Assembly (NCBI GenBank): GCA_964016885.1
Contig: OZ024741.1
Location: forward strand, 261,578,001 to 261,642,000
DNA from: Eledone cirrhosa
Taxonomy: Eukaryota
DNA: 64,000 nucleotides
Direction of reading: 5' to 3'
Shown: in pieces, positions 27,391 to 40,041 of the stretch
Numbering within the stretch: the stretch's first letter is position 1
How the letters are laid out: each line of letters opens with the position of its first letter
Translations under genes and position numbers: made by a program
The notes under the pieces: model-generated
The model's input: the letters and a program-made list of their open reading frames with translations, nothing else
What the model was told of the DNA's origin: nothing
The model's database searches: none

Positions 27391-27473
27391 TATAAACGTT
27401 TCTATTTCCATCGTTTTATCGTAAACGTTTATATATTTCCATCGTTATATCATAACGTTTATATTTCCGTCAC
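27391..27473 (+). repeat. ~30-bp minisatellite, about 2.7 copies, at the left end of each island
   Basis: An AACGTTT..TATTTCC(ATCGTT.TATC) unit occurs three times, the last one truncated. The same structure is in all four islands. Confidence 0.85.
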
Positions 27474-27647
27474 TAATCTCTTTTTCTCCTTTTTCGTTTT
27501 AACATATATTTATTTCAAAGATTTCACCGTATAGATAACATATATATTTATACATGCATAAAAGACACACTGAGAGACGGTGAACATGTGGTGCCAAAAA
27601 CATTTCTAATCCAAATCTCAACAATATCAGTATATACACTAGATTTG

Positions 27648-27684
27648 CTAGCAGAAAACCGCCCACCGGGTGGTTTTCTGCTAG
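27648..27684. repeat. 37-nt inverted repeat/hairpin ending in CTAG (also at 34763-34799, 48223-48259, 61683-61719)
   Basis: CTAGCAGAAAACCGCCC-ACC-GGGTGGTTTTCTGCTAG: 17-bp arms, 3-nt loop, and one G-T mismatch in this copy. Confidence 0.95.
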
Positions 27685-27699
27685 TCTATATATATAAAA

Positions 27700-28091
27700 C
27701 TGAGGATGTCTGTCTGTGTGTGAGTTTGAATCCCTAAAACTCGAGAACCACCCAACCGACTGTTTTCAAACTTTACACATGTAATACTTACGTTTCAGGG
27801 AGTGTTCTGAGCAAACAATATTTCAAATTTTCAATGCCCTAGGGACCACATTAGGCGATTTAGCGATCTCTCTCTATAATTCTTAGTCTTTCTCTTTTTA
27901 GATAGATACATACATATAACGTCGTGCCCTTATAATATCTGTCTGTATGTCTGGCTGTCTGCATTACGTCACTTCCCTGAGGATGTCTGTCTGTGTGTGT
28001 GTCTGTGAGTTTGAATCCCTAAAATGCGAGAAGTACCCAACCGATTTTTTTCAAACTTTACATGTGTATTACTTATGTTTCAGGGAGTGTT
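27700..28091 (+). repeat. Diverged ~110-bp direct repeat pair within the island (27700-27806 and 27977-28091)
   Basis: Both copies run CTGAGGATGTCTGTCTGTGTG...GAGTTTGAATCCCTAAAA...CCCAACCGA...TTCAAACTTTACA...TTTCAGGGAGTGTT, with multiple substitutions and different GT-tract lengths. Confidence 0.92.
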
Positions 28092-28560
28092 TGTTATGCA
28101 CATAAAATTCAACCTTTTGATCTGGTGTTTCGACTTACGAGTGTTTCGACTTACGAGTGTTTCGACTTACGAGTGTTTTGACTTACGAGTGTTTTGACTT
28201 ACGGTATTTCTGCTTACGAGTGTTTCGACTTACGAGTGTTACGAGTGTTCTGACTACGAGTGTTTCGACTTACGAGTGTTTCGACTTACGAGTGTTTCGA
28301 CTTATGAGTGTTTTGACTTACGGTGTTTCGGCTTACGAGTGTTTCGACTTACGAGTGTTTTGACTTACTGGTGTTTTGACATACGAGTGTTACGATACGA
28401 GTGTTTCGACTTACGAGTGTTCTGACTTACGAGTGTTCTGACTTACGAGTGATCTAACTTACGAGTGTTCTGACTTACGAGTGTTCTGACTTACGAGTGT
28501 TCCGACTTACGAGTGTTTCGGCTCACGAGTGTTTCGGCTTACGAGTGTTTCGACTTACGA

Positions 28561-28629
28561 AAATAACAAATAGACGCGGTTTCAAATCTCTATGCTTTTC
28601 AAATTCAGTACATTAATCTTTATTTATAC
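28561..28629 (+). repeat. 69-bp AT-rich insert, copy 5
   Basis: Same sequence and insertion point. Confidence 0.95.
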
Positions 28630-30519
28630 GTTTCGCTTTACGAGTGTTTCGACTTACGAGTGTTTTGACTTACGAGTGTTTCGGCTTACGAGTGTTTTGA
28701 CTTACGAGTGTTTTGACTTACATGTGTTTCGACTTACGCGTGTTTCGACTTACGAGTGTTTCGACTTGCGAGTGTTTCGACTACGGGTGTTTCGACTTAC
28801 GAATGTTTTGACTTACGGATGTTTTGACTTACGGGTGTTTCGGCTTACCAGTGTTTCGACTTACGAGTGTTCTGACTTACGAGTGTTCTGACTTAGAGTG
28901 TTCCGACTTACGAGTGTTTCGACTTAAGAGTGTTTCGGATTACGAGTGCTTCGACTTACGAGTGTTTCGGCTAACGAGTGTTTCGACTTACGAGTGTTCT
29001 GACTACGAGTGTTCTGACTTACGGGTGTTCTGACTTACGAGTGTTCCGACTTACGAGTGTTCGGCTTTCGAGTGTTTCGACTTACGAGTGTTTCGGGTTA
29101 CGAGTGTTTCGACTTACGAATGTTTTCGCTTACGAGTGTTTCCGCTTACGAGTGTTTCGACTTACGAGTGTTTCGACTTACGAGTGTTTTGACTTACGGT
29201 TGTTCGGCTTGCGAGTGTTTCGACATACGACTGTTTTGACTTACGGGCGTTTCGACTTACGGGTGTTTCGACTTACGAGTGTTTCGACTTACGAGTGTTC
29301 TGACTTACGAGTGTTCTGACTTGCGAGTGTTCCGACTTACGAGTGTTTCGGCTTACGAGTGTTTCGACATACGAGTGTTTTGACTTACGGATGTTTCAAC
29401 TTACGGGTGTTTCGACTTACGAGTGTTTCGTCTTACGAGTGTTCTGACTACGAGTGTTCTGACTTACGGGTGCTCTGACTTACGAGTGTTTCGACTTACG
29501 AGTGTTTCGACTTACGAGTGTTTCGGCTTACGAGTGTTTCGACTTACGAGTGTTTTGACTTACGAATGTTTTGCCTTACGGGTGTTCCGGTTTACGAGTG
29601 TTTCGACTTACGAGTATTCTGACTTACGAGTGTTCCGACTTACGGGTGTTTCGACTTACGAGTGTTTCGACATACGAGTGTTCCGACCTATGAGGGTTTC
29701 GGCTTACTGGTGTTCCGACTTACGAGTATTTTCGGCTGACGAGTATTTCGAGTTACGAGTGTTTTGACTTACGATTGTTTCGGCTTACGAGTGGTTTGAC
29801 TTACGAGTGTTTCGGCTTACGAGTGGTTTGACTTACGAGTGTTCTGACTACGAGTGTTCTGACTTACGAGTGTTTCGGCTTATGAGTGTTTCGACTTACG
29901 AGTGTTTCGGTTTATGAGTGTTTCGACTTACGAGTGTTTCGGCTTACGAGTGTTTCGACTTACGAGTGTTTCGACTTACGGGTGTTTCGACTTACGAGTG
30001 TTTCGTCTACGAGTGTTTCGACTTACGAGTGTTTCGGCTTACGAGTGTTTCGACATACGGGTGTTCGACTTACGGTGTTTCGGCTTACGAGTGTTTCGAC
30101 TTACGAGTGTTCTGACTTACGAGTGTTCTGACTTATGAGTGTTCTGACTTACGAGTGTTCCGACTTACGAGTGTTTCGGCTTACGAGTGTTTCGGCTTAC
30201 GAGTGTTTCGACTTACGAGTGTTTCGACTTACGAGTGTTTCGACTTATGAGTGTTTTGACTTACGGTGTTTCGGCTTACGAGTGTTTCGACTTACGAGTG
30301 TTTTGACTTACTGGTGTTTTGACATACGAGTGTTTCGATACGAGTGTTTCGACTTACGAGTGTTCTGACTTACGAGTGTTCTGACTTACGAGTGTTCTGA
30401 CTTACGAGTGTTCTAACTTACGAGTGTTCTGACTTACGAGTGTTCTGACTTACGAGTGTTCCAACTTACGAGTGTTTCGGCTCACGAGTGTTTCGGCTTA
30501 CGAGTGTTTCGACTTACGA

Positions 30520-30588
30520 AAATAACAAATAGACGCGGTTTCAAATCTCTATGCTTTTCAAATTCAGTACATTAATCTTTATTTATAC
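30520..30588 (+). repeat. 69-bp AT-rich insert, copy 6
   Basis: Same sequence and insertion point. Confidence 0.95.
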
Positions 30589-33420
30589 GTTTCGCTTTAC
30601 GAGTGTTTCGACTTACGAGTGTTTCGACTTACGAGTGTTTCGGCTTACGAGTGTTTTGACTTACGAGTGTTTTGACTTACATGTGTTTCGACTTACGCGT
30701 GTTTCGATTTACGAGTGTTTCGACTTGCGAGTGTTTCGACTACGGGTGTTTCGACTTACGAATGTTTTGACTTACGGATGTTTTGACTTACGGGTGTTTC
30801 GTCTTACGAGTGTTTCGACTTACGAGTGTTCTGACTTACGAGTGTTCTGACTTACGAGTGTTCCGACTTACGAGTGTTTCGACTTAAGAGTGTTTCGGAT
30901 TACGAGTGCTTCGACTTACAAGTGTTTCGGCTAACGAGTGTTTCGACTTACGAGTGTTCTGACTACGAGTGTTCTGACTTACGGGTGTTCTGACTTACGA
31001 GTGTTCCGACTTACGTGTGTTTCGGCTTTCGAGTGTTTCGACTTACGAGTGTTTCGGGTTACGAGTGTTTCGACTTACGAATGTTTTCGCTTACGAGTGT
31101 TTCCGCTTACGAGTGTTTCGACTTACGAGTGTTTCGGCTTGCGAGTGTTTCGACATACGAGTGTTTTGACTTACGGGCGTTTCGACTTACGGGTGTTTCG
31201 ACTTACGAGTGTTTCGACTTACGAGTGTTCTGACTTACGAGTGTTCTGACTTGCGAGTGTTCCGACTTACGAGTGTTTCGGCTTACGAGTGTTTCGACAT
31301 ACGAGTGTTTTGACTTATGGATGTTTCAACTTACGGGTGTTTCGACTTACGAGTGTTTCGACTTACGAGTGTTCTGACTACGAGTGTTCTGACTTACGGG
31401 TGCTCTGACTTACGAGTGTTTCGACTTACGAGTGTTTCGACTTACGAGTGTTTCGGCTTACGAGTGTTTCGACTTACGAGTGTTTTGACTTACGAATGTT
31501 TTGCCTTACGGGTGTTCCGGTTTACGAGTGTTTCGACTTACGAGTATTCTGACTTACGAGTGTTCCGACTTACGGGTGTTTCGACTTACGAGTGTTTCGA
31601 CATACGAGTGTTCCGACCTATGAGGGTTTCGGCTTACTGGTGTTCCGACTTACGAGTATTTTCGGCTGACGAGTGTTTCGAGTTACGAGTGTTTTGACTT
31701 ACGATTGTTTCGGCTTACGAGTGTTTCGGCTTACGAGTGTTTTAATTTACGAGTGTTTTGACTTACGGGTGTTTCGACTTACGCGTGTTTCGACTTACGA
31801 GTGTTTCGACTTACGAGTGTTTCGGCTTATGAGTGTTTCGAATTACGAGTGTTTTGACTTACGGGTGTTTTGACATACGAGTGTTTCGGTACGAGTGTTC
31901 TGACTTACGAGTGTTCTGACTTACGAGTGTTCTGACTTACGAGTGTTCTGACTAACGGGGTTCTGACTTACGAGTGTTGCGACTTACGAGTGTTTCGGCT
32001 ATGAGTGTTTTGACTTACGTGTGTTTCGACTTACGGGTGTTTCGACTTACGAGTGTTTCGACTTACGTGTGTTTCCGCTTACGAGTGTTTCGGCTTACGA
32101 GTGTTTCGAATTACGAGTGTTTTGGCTTACGAATGTTTTGACTTACGGGTGTTTCGGTGTACGAGTGTTTCGACTTAAGGATGTTTCGACTTACGAGTGT
32201 TTCGACTTACGAGTGTTTCGACTTACGAGTGTTTCGACTTACGAGTGTTTTGGCTTACGAATGTTTTGACTTACGGGTGTTTCGACTTACGGGTGTTTCG
32301 GCTTACGAGTGTTTCGACTTACGAGTGTTTTGACTTACGAGTGTTCTGACTTACGAGTGTTCTGACTTACGAGTGTTCCGACTTACGAGTGTTTCGGCTT
32401 ACGAGTGTTTCGGCTTACGAGTGTTTCGGCTTATGAGTGTTTTGACTTACGAGTGTTCTGACTACGAGTGTTCTGACTTACGGGTGTTCTGACTTACGAG
32501 TGTTCCGACTTACGAGTGTTTCGGCTAATGAGTGTTTCGACTTACGGGCGTTTCGACTTACGGGTGTTTCGACTTACGAGTGTTTCGACTTACGGGTGTT
32601 TCGACTTACGAGTGTTTTGAATTACGATTGTTTCGGCTTACGAGTGTTTCGACTTACGAGTATTTCGACTTACGAGTTTTTTTACTTACGGTGTTTCGGC
32701 TTACGCGTGTTTCGACTTATGAGTGTTCTGATTTACGGATGTTTCGACATACGAGTGTTTCGACTTACGGTGTTTCGACTTACGAGTGTTTCGACTTACG
32801 AGTGTTTCGACTTACGGGTGTTTCGACTTACGAGTGTTTCGACTTACGAGTGTTTCGACTTACGGGTGTTTCGGCTTACGAGTGTTTCGACTTACGAGTG
32901 TTCTGACTTACGAGTGTTCCGGCTTACGAGTTTTTCGACTTACGAGTGTTTCGACTTACGAGTGTTTCGGCTTACAAGTGTTTCGGCTTACGAGTGGTTT
33001 GACTTACGAATGTTCTGACTACGAGTGTTCTGTCTTACGAGTGTTTCGACTTACGAGTGTTTCGGCTTATGAGTGTTTCGACTTACGAGTGTTTCGGCTT
33101 ACGAGTGTTTCGACTTACGAGTGTTTCGACTTACGGGTGTTTCGACTTACGAGTGTTTCGACTACGAGTGTTTCGACTTATGAGTGTTTTGACTTACGGT
33201 GTTTCGGCTTACGAGTGTTTCGACTTACGAGTGTTTTGACTTACTGGTGTTTTGACATACGAGTGTTTCGATACGAGTGTTTCGACTTACGAGTGTTCTG
33301 ACTTACGAGTGTTCTGACTTACGAGTGTTCTGACTTACGAGTGTTCTAACTTACGAGTGTTCTGACTTACGAGTGTTCTGACTTACGAGTGTTTCGGCTT
33401 ACGAGTGTTTCGACTTACGA

Positions 33421-33489
33421 AAATAACAAATAGACGCGGTTTCAAATCTCTATGCTTTTCAAATTCAGTACATTAATCTTTATTTATAC
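33421..33489 (+). repeat. 69-bp AT-rich insert, copy 7
   Basis: Same sequence, but the downstream satellite context differs from most copies. Confidence 0.95.
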
Positions 33490-34500
33490 GTTTCGCTTTA
33501 CGAGTGTTCCGGCTTACGCGTCTTTCGACTTACGAGTGTTTCGGCTTATGAGTGTTTCGACTTACGAGTGCTTCGGCTTACGAGTGTTTCGACTTACGAG
33601 TGTTCTGACTTACGACTGTTCTGACTTACGAATGTTCCGACTTACGAGTCTTTCGACTTACGAATGTTTTGGCTTACGAGTGTTTCGGCTTATGAGTGTT
33701 TCGACTTACGAGTGTTTCGACATACGAGTGTTTTGACTTACGGGTGTTTCGACTTACGGGTGTTTCGACTTAAGAGTGTTTCGACTTACGAGCGCTTCGA
33801 CTTACGAGTGTTCTGACTTACGAGTGTTCCGACTTACGAGTGTTTCGGCTTACGAGTGTTTCGACTTACGAGTGTTCCGGCTTACGCGTGTTTCGACTTA
33901 CGAGTGTTTCGGCTTATGAGTGTTTCGTCTTACGAGTGCTTCGGCTTACGAGTGTTTCGACTTACGAGTGTTTCGGCTTACGAGTGTTTCGACTTACGAA
34001 TGTTTTGGCTTACGAGTGTTTCGGCTTACGAGTGTTTCGACTTACGGGTGTTTCGACTTACGGGTGTTCCGTCTTAAGAGTGATTCGACTTACGAGCGCT
34101 TCGACTTACGAGTGTTCCGACTTACGAGTGTTTCTGCTTACGAGTGTTTCGACTTACGAATGTTTCGACTTACGAGTGTTTTGACTTACGGTTGTTTCGG
34201 CTTACGACTGTTTCGACTTACGAGTGTTTCGGCTTACGAATGTTTTGACTTACGAGTATTTCGGCTTACAAGTGTTTCGACTTACGACTGTTTTGACTTA
34301 CGGTTGTTTCGGCTTACGACTGTTTCGACTTACGAGTGTTTCGGCTTACGAGTGTTTCGGCTTACGAGTGTTTCGACTTACGAGTGTTTGGGCTTACGAG
34401 TGTTTCAGTGTTTCGGCTTACGTGTGTTTCGACTTACGAGTGTTTCGATTTACGAGTGTTTCGGCTTACGAGTGTTTCGGCTTACGAGTGTTTCGGCTTA

Positions 34501-35239
34501 TTATATATAAACGTTTCTATTTCCATCGTTTTATCGAAAACGTTTATATATTTCCATCGTTATATCATAACGTTTATATTTCCGTCACTAATCTCTTTTT
34601 CTCCTTTTTCGTTTTAACATATATTTATTTCAAAGATTTCACCGTATAGATAACATATATATTTATACATGCATAAAAGACACACTGAGAGACGGTGAAC
34701 ATGTGGTGCCAAAAACATTTCTAATCCAAATCTCAACAATATCAGTATATACACTAGATTTGCTAGCAGGAAACCGCCCACCGGGTGGTCTTCTGCTAGT
34801 CTATATATATAAAACTGAGGATGTCTGTCTGTGTGTGAGTTTGAATCCCTAAAACTCGAGAACCACCCAACCGACTGTTTTCAAACTTTACACATGTAAT
34901 ACTTACGTTTCAGGGAGTGTTCTGAGCAAACAATATTTCAAATTTTCAATGCCCTAGGGACCACATTAGGCGATTTAGCGATCTCTCTCTATAATTCTTA
35001 GTCTTTCTCTTTTTAGATAGATACATACATATAACGTCGTGCCCTTATAATATCTGTCTGTATGTCTGGCTGTCTGCATTACGTCACTTCCCTGAGGATG
35101 TCTGTCTGTGTGTGTGTCTGTGAGTTTGAATCCCTAAAATGCGAGAAGTACCCAACCGATTTTTTTCAAACTTTACATGTGTATTACTTATGTTTCAGGG
35201 AGTGTTTGTTATGCACATAAAATTCAACCTTTTGATCTG
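34501..35239 (+). mobile_element. 739-bp island, copy 2: putative Helitron head-to-tail junction
   Basis: Near-identical to 27386-28124 at offset 7,115. CTAG|TC junction at 34799/34800. Confidence 0.7.
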
Positions 35240-36431
35240 GTGTTTCGACTTACGAGTGTTTCGACTTACGAGTGTTTCGACTTACGAGTGTTTTGACTTA
35301 CGAGTGTTTTGACTTACGGTATTTCTGCTTACGAGTGTTTCGACTTACGAGTGTTCTGACCTACGAGTGTTCTGACTTACGAGTTTTTCGACTTACGAGT
35401 GTTTTGACTTACGGGTGTTTCGACTTGCGAGTGTTTCGAGTTACGAGTGTTTCGAGTTACGAGTGTTTCGACTTACGAGTATTTTGACTTACGAATGTTC
35501 TGACTTACGGGTGTTTCGGCTTCCGAGTGTTTCGACTTACGAGTGTTATAACTTGCGGGTCTTTCGATTTACGCGTGTTTTGACTTACGGGCGTTTCGAC
35601 TTAGGAGTGTTTCGACTACGAATGTTCCGACATACGAGTGTTTCGACTTACGAGTGTTTCGACTTACGAGTGTTCTGACTTACGAGTGTTCCGGCTTACG
35701 AGTTTTTCGACTTACGAGTGTTTCGACTTACGAGTGTTTCGACTTACGAGTGTTTCGGCTTACGAGTGGTTTGACTTACGAGTGTTCTGACTACGAGTGT
35801 TCTGACTTACGAGTGTTTCGGTTTATGAGTGTTTCGACTTACGAGTGTTTCGGCTTACGAGTGTTTCGACTTACGAGTGTTTCGACTTACGGGTGTTTCG
35901 ACTTACGAGTGTTTCGTCTACGAGTGTTTCGACTTACGAGTGTTTCGGCTTACGAGTGTTTCGACATACGGATGTTTCGACTTACGGTGTTTCGGCTTAC
36001 GAGTGTTTCGACTTACGAGTGTTCTGACTTACGAGTGTTCTGACTTATGAGTGTTCTGACTTACGAGTGTTCCGACTTACGAGTGTTTCGGCTTACGAGT
36101 GTTTCGGCTTACGAGTGTTTCGACTTACGAGTGTTTCGACTTACGAGTGTTTCGACTTATGAGTGTTTTGAGTTACGGTGTTTCGGCTTACGAGTGTTTC
36201 GACTTACGAGTGTTTTGACTTACTGGTGTTTTGACATACGAGTGTTTCGATACGAGTGTTTCGACTTACGAGTGTTCTGACTTACGAGTGTTCTGACTTA
36301 CGAGTGTTCTGACTTACGAGTGATCTAACTTACGAGTGTTCTGACTTACGAGTGTTCTGACTTACGAGTGTTCTGACTTACGAGTGTTTCGGCTCACGAG
36401 TGTTTCGGCTTACGAGTGTTTCGACTTACGA

Positions 36432-36500
36432 AAATAACAAATAGACGCGGTTTCAAATCTCTATGCTTTTCAAATTCAGTACATTAATCTTTATTTATAC
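36432..36500 (+). repeat. 69-bp AT-rich insert, copy 8
   Basis: Same sequence and insertion point. Confidence 0.95.
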
Positions 36501-38249
36501 GTTTCGCTTTACGAGTGTTTCGACTTACGAGTGTTTCGACTTACGAGTGTTTCGGCTTACGAGTGTTTTGACTTACGAGTGTTTTGACTTACATGTTTTT
36601 CGACTTACGCGTGTTTCGACTTACGAGTGTTTCGACTTGCGAGTGTTTCGACTACGGGTGTTTCGACTTACGAATGTTTTGACTTACGGATGTTTTGACT
36701 TACGGGTGTTTCGGCTTATGAGTGTTTCGACTTACGAGTGTTCTGACTTACGAGTGTTCTGACTTACGAGTGTTCCGACTTACGAGTGTTTCGACTTAAG
36801 AGTGTTTCGGATTACGAGTGCTTCGACTTACGAGTGTTTCGGCTAACGAGTGTTTCGACTTACGAGTGTTCTGACTACGAGTGTTCTGACTTACGGGTGT
36901 TCTGACTTACGAGTGTTCCGACTTACGAGTGTTCGGCTTTCGAGTGTTTCGACTTACGAGTGTTTCGGGTTACGAGTGTTTCGACTTACGAATGTTTTCG
37001 CTTACGAGTGTTTCCGCTTACGAGTGTTTCGACTTACGAGTGTTTCGACTTACGAGTGTTTTGACTTACGGTTGTTCGGCTTGCGAGTGTTTCGACATAC
37101 GAGCGTTTTGACTTACGGGCGTTTCGACCTACGGGTGTTTCGACTTACGAGTGTTTCGACTTACGAGTGTTCTGACTTACGAGTGTTCTGACTTGCGAGT
37201 GTTCCGACTTACGAGTGTTTCGGCTTACGAGTGTTTCGACTTACGAGTGTTTCGGCTTACGAGTGTTTCGACTTACGAGTGTTTTGACTTACGAATGTTT
37301 TGCCTTACGGGTGTTCCGGTTTACGAGTGTTTCGACTTACGAGTATTCTGACTTACGAGTGTTCCGACTTACGGGTGTTTCGACTTACGAGTGTTTCGAC
37401 ATACGAGTGTTCCGACCTATGAGGGTTTCGGCTTACTGGTGTTCCGACTTACGAGTATTTTCGGCTGACGAGTGTTTCGAGTTACGAGTGTTTTGACTTA
37501 CGATTGTTTCGGCTTACGAGTGGTTTGACTTACGAGTGTTTCGGCTTACGAGTGGTTTGACTTACGAGTGTTCTGACTACGAGTGTTCTGACTTACGAGT
37601 GTTTCGGCTTATGAGTGTTTCGACTTACGAGTGTTTCGGTTTATGAGTGTTTCGACTTACGAGTGTTTCGGCTTACGAGTGTTTCGACCTACGAGTGTTT
37701 CGACTTACGGGTGTTTCGACTTACGAGTGTTTCGTCTACGAGTGTTTCGACTTACGAGTGTTTCGGCTTACGAGTGTTTCGACATACGGGTGTTTCGACT
37801 TACGGTGTTTCGGCTTACGAGTGTTTCGACTTACGAGTGTTCTGACTTACGAGTGTTCTGACTTATGAGTGTTCTGACTTACGAGTGTTCCGACTTACGA
37901 GTGTTTCGGCTTACGAGTGTTTCGGCTTACGAGTGTTTCGACTTACGAGTGTTTCGACTTACGAGTGTTTCGACTTATGAGTGTTTTGACTTACGGTGTT
38001 TCGGCTTACGAGTGTTTCGACTTACGAGTGTTTTGACTTACTGGTGTTTTGACATACGAGTGTTTCGATACGAGTGTTTCGACTTACGAGTGTTCTGACT
38101 TACGAGTGTTCTGACTTACGAGTGTTCTGACTTACGAGTGTTCTAACTTACGAGTGTTCTGACTTACGAGTGTTCTGACTTACGAGTGTTCCAACTTACG
38201 AGTGTTTCGGCTCACGAGTGTTTCGGCTTACGAGTGTTTCGACTTACGA

Positions 38250-38318
38250 AAATAACAAATAGACGCGGTTTCAAATCTCTATGCTTTTCAAATTCAGTAC
38301 ATTAATCTTTATTTATAC
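38250..38318 (+). repeat. 69-bp AT-rich insert, copy 9
   Basis: Same sequence and insertion point. Confidence 0.95.
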
Positions 38319-39599
38319 GTTTCGCTTTATGAGTGTTTCGACTTACGAGTGTTTCGACTTACGAGTGTTTCGGCTTACGAGTGTTTTGACTTACGAGTGT
38401 TTTGACTTACATGTGTTTCGACTTACGCGTGTTTCGACTTACGAGTGTTTCGACTTGCGAGTGTTTCGACTACGGGTGTTTCGACTTACGAATGTTTTGA
38501 CTTACGGATGTTTTGACTTACGGGTGTTTCGGCTTACGAGTGTTTCGACTTACGAGTGTTCTGACTTACGAGTGTTCTGACTTACGAGTGTTCCGACTTA
38601 CGAGTGTTTCGACTTAAGAGTGTTTCGGATTACGAGTGCTTCGACTTACGAGTGTTTCGGCTAACGAGTGTTTCGACTTACGAGTGTTCTGACTACGAGT
38701 GTTCTGACTTACGGATGTTCTGACTTACGAGTGTTCCGACTTACGAGTGTTTCGGCTTTCGAGTGTTTCGACTTACGAGTGTTTCGGGTTACGAGAGTTT
38801 CGACATACGAATGTTTTCGCTTACGAGTGTTTCCGCTTACGAGTGTTTCGACTTACGAGTGTTTCGGCTTGCGAGTGTTTCGACATACGAGTGTTTTGAC
38901 TTACGGGCGTTTTGACTTACGGGTGTTTCGACTTACGAGTGTTTCCACTTACGAGTGTTCTGACTTACGAGTGTTCTGACTTGCGAGTGTTCCGACTTAC
39001 GAGTGTTTCGGCTTACGAGTGTTTCGACATACGAGTGTTTTGACTTACGGATGTTTCAACTTACGGGTGTTTCGACTTACGAGTGTTTCGACTTACGAGT
39101 GTTCTGACTACGAGTGTTCTGACTTACGGGTGCTCTGACTTACGAGTGTTTCGACTTACGAGTGTTTCGACTTACGAGTGTTTCGGCTTACGAGTGTTTC
39201 GACTTACGAGTGTTTTGACTTACGAATGTTTTGCCTTACGGGTGTTCCGGTTTACGAGTGTTTCGACTTACGAGTATTCTGACTTACGAGTGTTCCGACT
39301 TACGGGTGTTTCGACTTACGAGTGTTTCGACATACGAGTGTTCCGACCTATGAGGGTTTCGGCTTACTGGTGTTCCGACTTACGAGTATTTTCGGCTGAC
39401 GAGTGTTTCGAGTTACGAGTGTTTTGACTTACGATTGTTTCGGCTTACGAGTGTTTCGGCTTACGAGTGTTTTGATTTACGAGTGTTTTGACTTACGGGT
39501 GTTTCGACTTACGCGTGTTTCGACTTACGAGTGTTTCGACTTACGAGTGTTTCGGCTTATGAGTGTTTCGAATTACGAGTGTTTTGACTTACGGGTGTT

Positions 39600-40041
39600 T
39601 TGACATACGAGTGTTTCGGTACGAGTGTTCTGACTTACGAGTGTTCTGACTTACGAGTGTTGCGACTTACGAGTGTTTCGGCTATGAGTGTTTTGACTTA
39701 CGTGTGTTTCGACTTACGGGTGTTTCGACTTACGAGTGTTTCGACTTACGTGTGTTTCCGCTTACGAGTGTTTCGGCTTACGAGTGTTTCGAATTACGAG
39801 TGTTTTGACTTACGGGTGTTTTGACATACGAGTGTTTCGGTACGAGTGTTCTGACTTACGAGTGTTCTGACTTACGAGTGTTGCGACATACGAGTGTTTC
39901 GGCTATGAGTGTTTTGACTTACGTGTGTTTCGACTTACGGGTGTTTCGACTTACGAGTGTTTCGACTTACGTGTGTTTCCGCTTACGAGTGTTTCGGCTT
40001 ACGAGTGTTTCGAATTACGAGTGTTTTGGCTTACGAATGTT
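39600..40041 (+). repeat. 221-bp local tandem duplication (recurs at 53060-53501)
   Basis: Near-identical variant strings start at 39600 and 39821, both containing the rare variants TTCGGTACG, GTTGCGAC and GGCTATGAG. Confidence 0.8.

Larger units (their letters stand above)
27386..28124 (+). mobile_element. 739-bp non-satellite island, copy 1: putative non-autonomous Helitron 3'-end/5'-end junction
   Basis: AT-rich unique sequence. Hairpin 27648-27684 ends in CTAG and is followed immediately by TCTATATATATAAAA and GTCTGTCTGTGTG. No target-site duplication and no ORF of substance. Confidence 0.7.

Noticed and set aside
27109-27534. ORF with a hydrophobic C-terminal tail running into the island
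   Set aside because: It is read-through from satellite into T-rich minisatellite sequence, with no recognisable domain.
27523-27584. 8-bp inverted repeat TTCACCGT...ACGGTGAA, and the CCCTAGGG palindrome at 27837-27844
   Set aside because: Both are too short to distinguish from chance in 739 bp.
27648-27684. Rho-independent terminator or structured ncRNA
   Set aside because: There is no upstream gene and no U-tract after the stem. The context is eukaryote-like satellite, and the CTAG|TC arrangement fits a Helitron terminus better.
27386-28124. Island as a MITE, SINE or LTR insertion
   Set aside because: It has no terminal inverted repeats, poly-A tail or TG...CA ends. There is no TSD: the flanks GCTTA | GTGTTTC lack 3 nt of a monomer rather than duplicating any.
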